NCBI GenBank assembly: GCA_964014165.1
Contig: CAXGZM010000001.1
Span: 1 to 59,694, forward strand
DNA length: 59,694 bases
Reading direction: 5' to 3'
Source: an uncultured euryarchaeote
GTDB taxonomy: Archaea; Thermoplasmatota; Poseidoniia; Poseidoniales; Poseidoniaceae
The notes under the pieces are model-generated. The model made no database searches, was not told the DNA's origin, and saw nothing but the letters and a program-made list of their open reading frames with translations. A program made the translations under genes and the position numbers. This document shows positions 16,776 to 24,109 of this stretch, one piece after another. Position 1 is the first letter of the stretch. Every line of letters begins with the position of its first letter.

Positions 16776-17793
16776 CAGCCCTCATCGAAGCGAATTCGAG
16801 CTGTTCGTCCACCGAGGTCGTTCCGGTCCATCCGGTGCGGAGGGCTGCTTCGATACCGTCAGCCAACGCTTCGGGGTCCTCATCGCACACCCACGCTTCG
16901 GGGAGGTATTCCTTCACTTCGCCCACGTCAACGCTGACCACGGGCGTTCCGCACAACAGCGATTCTCTCGCAACCAACGGGCCAGCTTCTCGCAGGGAGG
17001 TGATGAGCGTCACGTCAGCGGTGAGCATCCGGTCGTAGACGATGTCGCGGGGTTGGTGGCGCAACGAGGTGATGCCCACGATCCACCCGCGTTGTTCCAA
17101 TGCCTCCCCTGTCTGCAAGGCGAGCAAATGCCGCTTTTCGCGGCGGCGGGGGTCTGCGGGAAACAGGATGTCAATGGGTTCCTTCTTCCACGTTTTTTTC
17201 ATCGGGGCAACCGGGCGACGCCACTCGTTGTGGATGTCCGTCACACAGGGAACGGTCGCCGTGCGCTTCGGGGGTTCGGGAAGTTTCGAAGCGATGTTCG
17301 ACAAGCGTCCGGTGGCGCAAACCAACACGTCGCAGGACGATGCTGCCGTTCTGATGTGGTCTCCGACGCCCTTGAGGTTGAGACCGACATCCAGGTCGTA
17401 GCCGTGGACGACGCCGACCCAGGGAACGCTCCAGCGCTCAGCGAGTCGTTGTGCGAGGTGAGCGACGGGCCAGAGGGTGTGACAAACGATCACGTCCGGT
17501 CGCCAATCGCCGAGTTGTTTTTCCACCCATCCAGCTTTCCGACGAACGCTGGAAACCGTGAGTTTTGGGTAAGGGTGGTCGGGCAGCGCAAAAAATCGGG
17601 GAACAAAGGTTTCGATGCCGTTGTGCAGCCACCGCTTCGGGGCCTTCGCTACGCCCATCATGGTGGAGCGACGAGCTTCGGCGTAGCGGGGCATGCGGGG
17701 AAGAGGGTTCACCACTTTCACGTCGTGTCCCATGGCCTTCAACAGGTGAACGTGGTCCTCCACGAAGATCCCGCGTGTTGGGTTACGCGGCAC
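16732..17793 (-). CDS. family 4 (GT-B) glycosyltransferase; the true start is probably upstream of the first canonical start codon
   Basis: PRNPTRGIFVEDHVHLLKAMGHDVKVV, and an EX7E-type region SLREAGPLVARESLLCGTPVV. The conserved first beta strand (IQILVVSLLYP) is encoded at 17826-17794, upstream of GTG 17793 (see findings). Confidence 0.75.
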   Translation of the reverse strand: MPRNPTRGIFVEDHVHLLKAMGHDVKVVNPLPRMPRYAEARRSTMMGVAKAPKRWLHNGIETFVPRFFALPDHPYPKLTVSSVRRKAGWVEKQLGDWRPDVIVCHTLWPVAHLAQRLAERWSVPWVGVVHGYDLDVGLNLKGVGDHIRTAASSCDVLVCATGRLSNIASKLPEPPKRTATVPCVTDIHNEWRRPVAPMKKTWKKEPIDILFPADPRRREKRHLLALQTGEALEQRGWIVGITSLRHQPRDIVYDRMLTADVTLITSLREAGPLVARESLLCGTPVVSVDVGEVKEYLPEAWVCDEDPEALADGIEAALRTGWTGTTSVDEQLEFASMRAVSQAWSELLASLVS

Positions 17794-17838
17794 GGGGTAG
17801 AGCAGAGAGACGACGAGGATCTGGATGGACAGCCCTCC

Positions 17839-18510
17839 TCAGTTGAGCGCTTGATGAATTTCGGCGAGGTTGTCAACCACGCTGGCTCGGTCGTTGAACA
17901 GACCCGAGCCAACGACACAGTTCGTGACGCCCCAGTCGCGCAGCATGGCGATGTTGTGGGCTTTCACGCCGCCGTCAACTTGGATCTGTACGGGGCGTCC
18001 ACCGGCGGCAACTTGCGCCTCAATCGCTTCAGAGAGCCGCCGAATTTTACTCTCAACGTTGGGAATGAACGACTGTCCCCCAAACCCGGGGTTCACGCTC
18101 ATGATGAGCACGAGGTCGACTTCAGTCAACACTTCCAACGCTGCTTCGACGGGCGTGGCTGGGTTCAACACGACCCCGGCCGTAGCGCCGCCTTGGCGGA
18201 TGGCACCGAGCAGGCGGTGGAGGTGCTTGACGGCTTCAACGTGCACCGAGAGGTGGTTACAACCCGCATCGATGTAGTCTTGAAAGCAGGCTTCTGCGTT
18301 TTCGATCATCAGGTGAGCGTCAAAGACGGCGTCCGGTCCGAGCGCTTTTCGAAGGCTGCGAATCACGGGCGGGCCGAACGTCAGGTTCGGGACGAAGTTG
18401 CCGTCCATCACGTCGAGGTGCAGCCAGGTGAGGCCTGCATCAATGGCTTCGTTACAGTCGTTGGCCAAGTCTGCGAGGTCGGCGGTGAGGACACTGGGTG
18501 CAATGATCAT
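17839..18510 (-). CDS. rpe: ribulose-phosphate 3-epimerase
   Basis: MIIAPSVLTADLADL...LHLDVMDGNFVPNLTFGP...SVNPGFGGQSF...VDGG. ATG 18510 gives the canonical N-terminus; the track ORF starts at 18600. Confidence 0.85.
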   Translation of the reverse strand: MIIAPSVLTADLADLANDCNEAIDAGLTWLHLDVMDGNFVPNLTFGPPVIRSLRKALGPDAVFDAHLMIENAEACFQDYIDAGCNHLSVHVEAVKHLHRLLGAIRQGGATAGVVLNPATPVEAALEVLTEVDLVLIMSVNPGFGGQSFIPNVESKIRRLSEAIEAQVAAGGRPVQIQVDGGVKAHNIAMLRDWGVTNCVVGSGLFNDRASVVDNLAEIHQALN

Positions 18511-18627
18511 GTCATCCCTCAACCTCACCCAGCCATCGCCATTTGAAGAGACTTGCCATCTTGAGCACCATTCATTTTGGCGCAAATGCCTATAGTGCAT
18601 CCCTGTTAGGCCGATTTAGGTGAAGGC

Positions 18628-18957
18628 ATGGGTGAAGTAAGGAACGTCAGCGACAGCGAATTCAACGACACCGTCAACAGCACCGAATGGGTCATCGTTG
18701 ACTTTTGGGCACCGTGGTGTGCGCCCTGCAAAGCCATCGGACCTGTCCTTGAGTCCGTCGCACAGGAACGAGAAATCCTCGTGGCGAAGGTTGACACCGA
18801 GCAGAACACGTCGACGGCTGCCCAGTTGGGGGTTCGCAGCATTCCAGCTCTGTTCATGTACCGCAACGGATCCATCGTTTCTCAGAAGACCGGCAGCATG
18901 CCCAAGGCCAAACTCCTCTCGTGGATTGACGAGGTCATGACAGCCGACGATTTCTGA
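18628..18957 (+). CDS. trxA: thioredoxin
   Basis: VDFWAPWCAPCK active site, 109 aa, AGGTGA 5 nt upstream of the ATG. Confidence 0.85.
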   Translation: MGEVRNVSDSEFNDTVNSTEWVIVDFWAPWCAPCKAIGPVLESVAQEREILVAKVDTEQNTSTAAQLGVRSIPALFMYRNGSIVSQKTGSMPKAKLLSWIDEVMTADDF

Positions 18958-18959
18958 AG

Positions 18960-20531
18960 TCAGGCCAAGCGGTTCTTCCGCTCTTCATGTTGCTCACCCA
19001 CGTCGCGGAGCAACCGCTCACGCAACGCCTCGTGGAGCCACATGCCCTCTTCCAGTTCCAGCAACAAGCCGTGCTTGAGCAAATTTTCCGGTGGCGTCCC
19101 GTTCCAACCGACGCCGGTCGCCAACGTCTCCCAAGCCACGGGTGCGTCAGCAACGGCCAGCGTTGCCAGCAGTTCTTTCTCTTGCTCGGGCAATCGGAGG
19201 AGGATTTCTTCATCAAGGAAGCGAAGCCAGTCTTTGTGAGTGGGTTGACCGTACAACTCCAGCAATTCCATCGCCAACGGGTGACCGCCGGTCGCTGCGT
19301 GAACGTCTTCGGCCGCTGGCGCATGGCCTCCGTCAAGGTTGGACAGCCACGCCTCGGTGGCCTCAAGGCTGAGTCCCTTCAGCGGAAGTTCGCGAACCGT
19401 GTCCCGAATGTGCACGTCCCGTCGGTCGTAGACGGTGAGTTCCGTTCGCGAGACCAGCAGAACGCGCAACGGCCCCTTTTGCGCGAGTTGCAAGAGCGAG
19501 CCGAGCAGGTGTCGAGCTTTCTCGCTGATGTGGTGCACATCATCCAAGACGATGAGCCAGTACGGGGGCGGGCCGCCAACGCTGTCCTTGAACCGCTCTC
19601 GGATGGTGTTGGCGTCGGTCATGTAGGCCATCAGACGGCGTCGCCAAGCATCCACGTCCATGTCGGCGCCAGGTGTCAGCGGCAACGTTTCGATGATGCG
19701 ATAGGGGTCGTGCGTTTCGTCGATTCCAAACCGATGAAGCAGGCTGGTTGCCAGCCCAAGTGCTCGGTCCCATGGCTGACACGTGTACCAGCACACCGAA
19801 AGATGCGGGTCGGTTTCCATGTGTTGTTGAAGCCAGTGAGCGATCAGCGTTGATTTCCCAATGCCAGCAATGCCGTGAACGACCATGCAGGGGTGCCGGT
19901 CAGCGAACCACGTGTGCAGGGTGTCCAACTCAGCGTCCCGTCCATAGACCGGTCGCGTCGGTGGAGGTTGGTTTGCATAGGTGGCGTGGACGCCCACGAG
20001 CGGTGTTAGTCGACCGGGCTGAGGCATGCCGTTGTCCTGTGTTTTTCGAATGCTGCCAAAGCGTATGTCGCCGTACGTCAGCACCCCCTCGTGCTGGGCG
20101 TGGAGAAGAATTTGCAGGAGCGTCAGGTCGGTTTCAAGCAAGTCCGGGGCTTCGGCGGCTTTCACCTCCAACAACTCCCCTTCCATGTTGCGCACCAGCA
20201 CCTTTGTTCCGTCCAACGCCACCTGACGCTGGCGTGCTCGAAGGCGCCCTTCTTCGGTCAGCTGCCACGTTTTTTGTCGTCGCTCATCGCCTTGAACCGC
20301 TCGGGTGTGTTCCTCAACGAGAAGGTCCTTGAGCAGGTCTCGCATCGTTCGGCTGACGTTGGGTGGATGTTGGGCACAAGCCTCAGCAATACCGGGGCGC
20401 GTGAGGGCCGGCGGAACCATGTAGCGGTCCGCCCATTCATCGTTGGCCAGTAGATGAAGCAGCACCCTGTCCTTGGCTGCGACGTTCACCTTGGGGATGT
20501 CGCCCGCCATGTTTCCGGCTGTCTTCCACAT
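18960..20531 (-). CDS. N-terminal winged-helix + NB-ARC-type STAND P-loop NTPase (putative signal-transducing regulator)
   Basis: A wHTH-like region at aa 20-100. Walker A HGIAGIGKSTL, Walker B WLIVLDDVHH, LLVSRT (sensor-like), and GGHPLAMELL, which resembles the GLPL motif of NB-ARC/AP-ATPases. Short helical C-terminus. Confidence 0.6.
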   Translation of the reverse strand: MWKTAGNMAGDIPKVNVAAKDRVLLHLLANDEWADRYMVPPALTRPGIAEACAQHPPNVSRTMRDLLKDLLVEEHTRAVQGDERRQKTWQLTEEGRLRARQRQVALDGTKVLVRNMEGELLEVKAAEAPDLLETDLTLLQILLHAQHEGVLTYGDIRFGSIRKTQDNGMPQPGRLTPLVGVHATYANQPPPTRPVYGRDAELDTLHTWFADRHPCMVVHGIAGIGKSTLIAHWLQQHMETDPHLSVCWYTCQPWDRALGLATSLLHRFGIDETHDPYRIIETLPLTPGADMDVDAWRRRLMAYMTDANTIRERFKDSVGGPPPYWLIVLDDVHHISEKARHLLGSLLQLAQKGPLRVLLVSRTELTVYDRRDVHIRDTVRELPLKGLSLEATEAWLSNLDGGHAPAAEDVHAATGGHPLAMELLELYGQPTHKDWLRFLDEEILLRLPEQEKELLATLAVADAPVAWETLATGVGWNGTPPENLLKHGLLLELEEGMWLHEALRERLLRDVGEQHEERKNRLA

Positions 20532-20596
20532 GTGTTCAAGACTTTGTTCATTTGGTGTGGCGGCACGTTTTGTTTGAGCATTTTTGCAAAAAGCAC

Positions 20597-20604
20597 TTTA
20601 TATT
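20597..20604 (+). promoter_or_regulatory. archaeal TATA-box candidate for the WD40/TSP3 gene (near-leaderless)
   Basis: TTTATATT followed by an A8 run, centred ~23 nt upstream of ATG 20623 in a 91-bp divergent intergenic region. Confidence 0.45.
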
Positions 20605-20622
20605 GAAAAAAAAGCCAACAGC

Positions 20623-23600
20623 ATGGCTTATTCCGGCGCCTCGCTTTCGACTCGAAAACATCGAGCAGTTCTGCTGGCTTTCCTCTTCCTTCTGTCGCTC
20701 ACCAGCCTTGCGAGTCAGGCTGCGGATTCGGATGGCGATGGCGTTGATGACAACGTGGACGATTGCCCGTGGGCAGCTGGCACCTCCACCGTTGACAAAG
20801 ACGGCTGCCCGGACCGAGACGGCGACGGTACGTCGGACTTCAACGACGTGTGGGTGATCGGCAACCCGAACTTCCAAAACGAATTCACCATCACCTCCAG
20901 CAGCGACTACTACGGCGTTGATTACCATCCAACGGGCGAATTCATTGTGACCGGCGCAGAGGATGGATTTGTCCGAATTTGGAACGCCAGCACCTGGACC
21001 ATCGTCCGCTCAGCGAACACCAACACCGACGTGTTTGGCGTTGATTTCTCCCCCGACGGCATGTACGTGGCGGCCGCCCTCAACGATGACACCATCAACA
21101 TCTACCACGCCAGTAACTTGACCTCAATCCACGGCGCCATCAGCGTGGACGTCGGCAGCGGTGACCAGGTCAACAACGTGGAGTTCTCACCCGACAGTTC
21201 GACCGTTGCTGTGGCCATTGGCCGCTCAGGAAACGGAGGCACCAACGGGGAAGTTGCCGTGATCGACGTTCAAACCGGTACCGAGCTCTACGCCGTTAAT
21301 CCCAACGGCGAGGATCGGTTCTATGACGTAGCACACTCGCCGGATGGCCAACACATGGCGCTGGCCGGCAACAGTGAAATCTACATTGTCAACACGACGT
21401 CGAGAGCGACAACATGGACGTTCACCAACCCACCTGCGGCCGTCAACGCCGTGGCTTGGTCGCCTGACGGAAACTACATTTCGATGTGCGGCGGTTGGGA
21501 AGGACAATCCGCCAGCTTTGACATGTACCAGTACGCCAGCGGTTCATGGAATCGCATTTGGCAGAAAACCATCTCGACATCCTGCGCGTCAACCACGTTC
21601 TCTGCTGACGGTTCTCAGGTGGTCGCCGGCATGTACTGGTACCAATCGGACGGCAACACGGCTCGGGTGTATGAATCCGATACCGGCACACAGATCGACT
21701 CGTTCAGCGGACCGCGTCCCGGCAGTTGCACCTCGGGAAGCAACAACCAGTGCGGCATCATGTACGGCGTTGCATGGAGCCCCGACTCCACCCACATCGT
21801 CACGGCCAACGGACGAAACGACGAGGGCGTCTACTTCTGGTTCGCCGACATCGACGAGGACAACGACGGCTACAACACAACGGATCAGGGCGACGGCATC
21901 GTCGATGCCTTCCCAACCGACGGAACGCAGTGGAACGACACCGATGCTGACGGCTTCGGCGACAACCCCGCACCAGCCAACGAGCCCGACGCATGTCCCA
22001 ACACACCGGGGGCCTCGACCCAAGATCGCTTTGGATGCCCTGACAGCGATGGCGACGGTTGGTCGGACGAAGGCGACTGGGCTCCGGCCGATCCGCTCCA
22101 GTGGGCGGATGCCGACGAGGACGGCTACGGCGATAACTATCGGTTTGAACTCAACGAATACCAAATCCACGTGAACCAAACCGGTGATGCTTTCCCCAAC
22201 GATCCAACGCAGTGGAACGACACCGACGGCGATGGCTTTGGCGACAACTACGACAACGCCTCGTGGAATTCCTACCGTCCATCAACGTGGCCCGGTCTCT
22301 TGCTTCCTGCTGCCAACCAGCCCGATGCTTTCCCGCTCGATCGCACCCAGCACATGGACTCCGACGGAGACTGGATTGGCGACAACCCCAACAGTGATCG
22401 TGCTGACGCTTGCCCTTACGAATACGGCGACTCGCAGTACGATCGACTCGGATGCCCCGACACCGATGGCGACGGCTATTCCGACCCCAGTGCTTCGTGG
22501 CCCAGCACCACGGACTGCTACGGCGCAGACGCTTTCCCTGACGACCCCACGCAGTGGTGCGATGAAGACAACGATGGATTCGGCAGCAACCCTGACGGGA
22601 ACAACCCCGATGACTGCCCGAACAACGCCGGCAGCTCCACCATCGACCGCGCAGGCTGCGTTGACCGAGACGGCGACGGGTATTCCAACGCCGGAGACCC
22701 CTTCCCCGACGACGCAACCCAATGGTCGGACCGAGACGGTGACAACCGAGGCGACAACGCGTCGGGCAACAACCCGGACGCCTTCCCTGACGACACGAGC
22801 CAGTGGAAGGACAGCGACGGCGACGGCTACGGCGACAACCCCGGAGGCAACAACGGGGATTTGTTCCCGACCGACCCCACGCAGTGGAGCGATGAGGACG
22901 GCGACGGCTACGGCGACAACACGGACGGCAACAACGGCGACCTTTGCCCGCTTGACTACGGTGAATCCCAGGCTGAACTCAGCCGTGGCTGTCCAGATTC
23001 CGACCTTGACGGCGTGACCGACCCGCTTGATGCCTTCCCTGACGATCCGTTCCAGTGGGCCGACACCGACGGTGATGGCTACGGTGACAACACGAACGTT
23101 CCCAGCGGAGACGACTGTGTGGATGTCTTTGGCAAGTCGTTTGAAGAAGGCCGTTTGGGATGCCCGGATGCCGACTTGGATGGCTACGCTGACGTTGACG
23201 ACGTCTTCCCCAACGATCAGGAACAATGGGAAGACTTTGACGGCGACGGCTACGGCGACAACTACTACTGGGAGAATTCCACGGTCGCTGATGAGGAAAA
23301 TCCAGGCATGTTCCTGACCCTGCGGGAGCAACGCGGGGACGCCTTCCCACAAATCGCCAGCCAGTGGTCCGACATGGATGGCGACGGTTGGGGCGACAAT
23401 CAGAGCAGTTCCAATCGCGTTGACAACTTCCCGCTTCGAGCGAGCCAGTGGCTGGACTTTGATGGCGACGGCTACGGCGACAATGCAACCGGCTACCAGT
23501 TCGACGCTTGCTACAAGGTGCCGGGAACGTCCACCACCGGGGACTACGAGGAGTACTTCGGATGCCCGGACGCAGACGGGGACGGAACAGCCGATGAATA

Positions 23601-24051
23601 CGATCCTTGCCCTTGGGACCCCGAGGTTTCACAGGGCTCTCGCAGCACGGCTGTCTGTGGCATCAAGGAAGACCCAAGCCTCGCCTCCAACGACGACGGT
23701 GGGGCTGGATCGCTCCTGAGCGGCAACGGTTCGACGCTCCAAATCATGGGTGGTGTCATCATCTTCTTGCTTGCACTCATCGTTGTTGCGCAAGTCGCCA
23801 AGACCGCTGGCCGTCGAAAGGCTGTGGCCTCCAAGCGGGACGACCAACTCGCTCAAGCGTCGGTCGCAGAGGAAGAAGAACGACGTCAAGCATGGATTCA
23901 ACACTACATCGCCGAAGGGAATTACGCAGAAGCTCGAGCGCTTGGTTGGGAGGGAACCGAAGGGTTGCCCGAATGGAAACAATACGAAATGCAGCAACAG
24001 GCTGCACAGGACGCAGCCATTCCAACCATGATGGACCTCGAAAACCTCTGA
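20623..24051 (+). CDS. giant surface protein: signal peptide, TSP3 repeats, 7-blade-like WD40 propeller, ~590-aa TSP3-like Ca-binding array, C-terminal TM anchor and ~80-aa cytoplasmic tail
   Basis: Signal peptide MAYSGASLSTRKHRAVLLAFLFLLSLTSLASQA. WD-like blades include GAEDGFVRIWN, FSPDGMYVAAA, WSPDGNYISMCGG and WSPDSTHIVTANG. There are dozens of DxDxDGxGD units. TM segment IMGGVIIFLLALIVVAQVA. Confidence 0.7.
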   Translation: MAYSGASLSTRKHRAVLLAFLFLLSLTSLASQAADSDGDGVDDNVDDCPWAAGTSTVDKDGCPDRDGDGTSDFNDVWVIGNPNFQNEFTITSSSDYYGVDYHPTGEFIVTGAEDGFVRIWNASTWTIVRSANTNTDVFGVDFSPDGMYVAAALNDDTINIYHASNLTSIHGAISVDVGSGDQVNNVEFSPDSSTVAVAIGRSGNGGTNGEVAVIDVQTGTELYAVNPNGEDRFYDVAHSPDGQHMALAGNSEIYIVNTTSRATTWTFTNPPAAVNAVAWSPDGNYISMCGGWEGQSASFDMYQYASGSWNRIWQKTISTSCASTTFSADGSQVVAGMYWYQSDGNTARVYESDTGTQIDSFSGPRPGSCTSGSNNQCGIMYGVAWSPDSTHIVTANGRNDEGVYFWFADIDEDNDGYNTTDQGDGIVDAFPTDGTQWNDTDADGFGDNPAPANEPDACPNTPGASTQDRFGCPDSDGDGWSDEGDWAPADPLQWADADEDGYGDNYRFELNEYQIHVNQTGDAFPNDPTQWNDTDGDGFGDNYDNASWNSYRPSTWPGLLLPAANQPDAFPLDRTQHMDSDGDWIGDNPNSDRADACPYEYGDSQYDRLGCPDTDGDGYSDPSASWPSTTDCYGADAFPDDPTQWCDEDNDGFGSNPDGNNPDDCPNNAGSSTIDRAGCVDRDGDGYSNAGDPFPDDATQWSDRDGDNRGDNASGNNPDAFPDDTSQWKDSDGDGYGDNPGGNNGDLFPTDPTQWSDEDGDGYGDNTDGNNGDLCPLDYGESQAELSRGCPDSDLDGVTDPLDAFPDDPFQWADTDGDGYGDNTNVPSGDDCVDVFGKSFEEGRLGCPDADLDGYADVDDVFPNDQEQWEDFDGDGYGDNYYWENSTVADEENPGMFLTLREQRGDAFPQIASQWSDMDGDGWGDNQSSSNRVDNFPLRASQWLDFDGDGYGDNATGYQFDACYKVPGTSTTGDYEEYFGCPDADGDGTADEYDPCPWDPEVSQGSRSTAVCGIKEDPSLASNDDGGAGSLLSGNGSTLQIMGGVIIFLLALIVVAQVAKTAGRRKAVASKRDDQLAQASVAEEEERRQAWIQHYIAEGNYAEARALGWEGTEGLPEWKQYEMQQQAAQDAAIPTMMDLENL
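20725..20848 (+). repeat. N-terminal thrombospondin-type-3-like Ca-binding repeats (coding)
   Basis: DSDGDGVDDNVDDCP ... DKDGCPDRDGDGTSDFND. Confidence 0.6.
21841..23620 (+). repeat. degenerate coding array of ~30 TSP3-like DxDxDG(Y/F/W)GDN units
   Basis: GAC/GGC-rich periodic DNA. Every reading frame on both strands stays open for 200-350 codons here, a by-product of the repeat. Confidence 0.7.
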
Positions 24052-24109
24052 CGTACCACACACCGATTGCACCGCTGACCTTTCAAAGGAGAACGGGCCA
24101 TGTTTTCAC

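Noticed and set aside
17839-17841. Possible TGA read-through or selenocysteine joining Rpe and the GT4 enzyme, which share a reading frame
   Set aside because: Sharing a frame has a one-in-three chance. I saw no SECIS-like hairpin. Rpe ends at its normal C-terminus, and a GGAGGG ribosome-binding site follows the stop. Non-canonical initiation or a base error is more plausible.
16678-18546. 622-aa ORF on the plus strand, the longest unexplained ORF in the window
   Set aside because: It lies entirely antisense to two genes with clear motifs (the GT4 glycosyltransferase and rpe). Its composition is Arg/Gly/Val/His-rich with no motif. It is a typical shadow ORF of GC-rich coding DNA.
18960-21840. 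Split Apaf-1-like apoptosome idea (NB-ARC ATPase plus a WD40 propeller encoded divergently)
   Set aside because: The WD40 protein has a clear signal peptide, TSP3 repeats and a C-terminal TM anchor, so the propeller should be extracellular. It cannot act as the cytoplasmic sensor of the ATPase.
21226-23834. Many 80-356-aa ORFs in all other frames across the TSP3 array (for example 21344-22174, 22184-23017, 22282-23352, 21589-22179, 22979-23632)
   Set aside because: They are a by-product of the GAC/GGC/AAC-rich periodic repeat, which lacks stop codons in any frame. The translations are Arg/Thr/Pro homopolymer-like. Only the frame with a signal peptide, WD40 blades and DxDxDG units is coherent. 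The same applies to 30022-31297 inside the second TSP3 gene.
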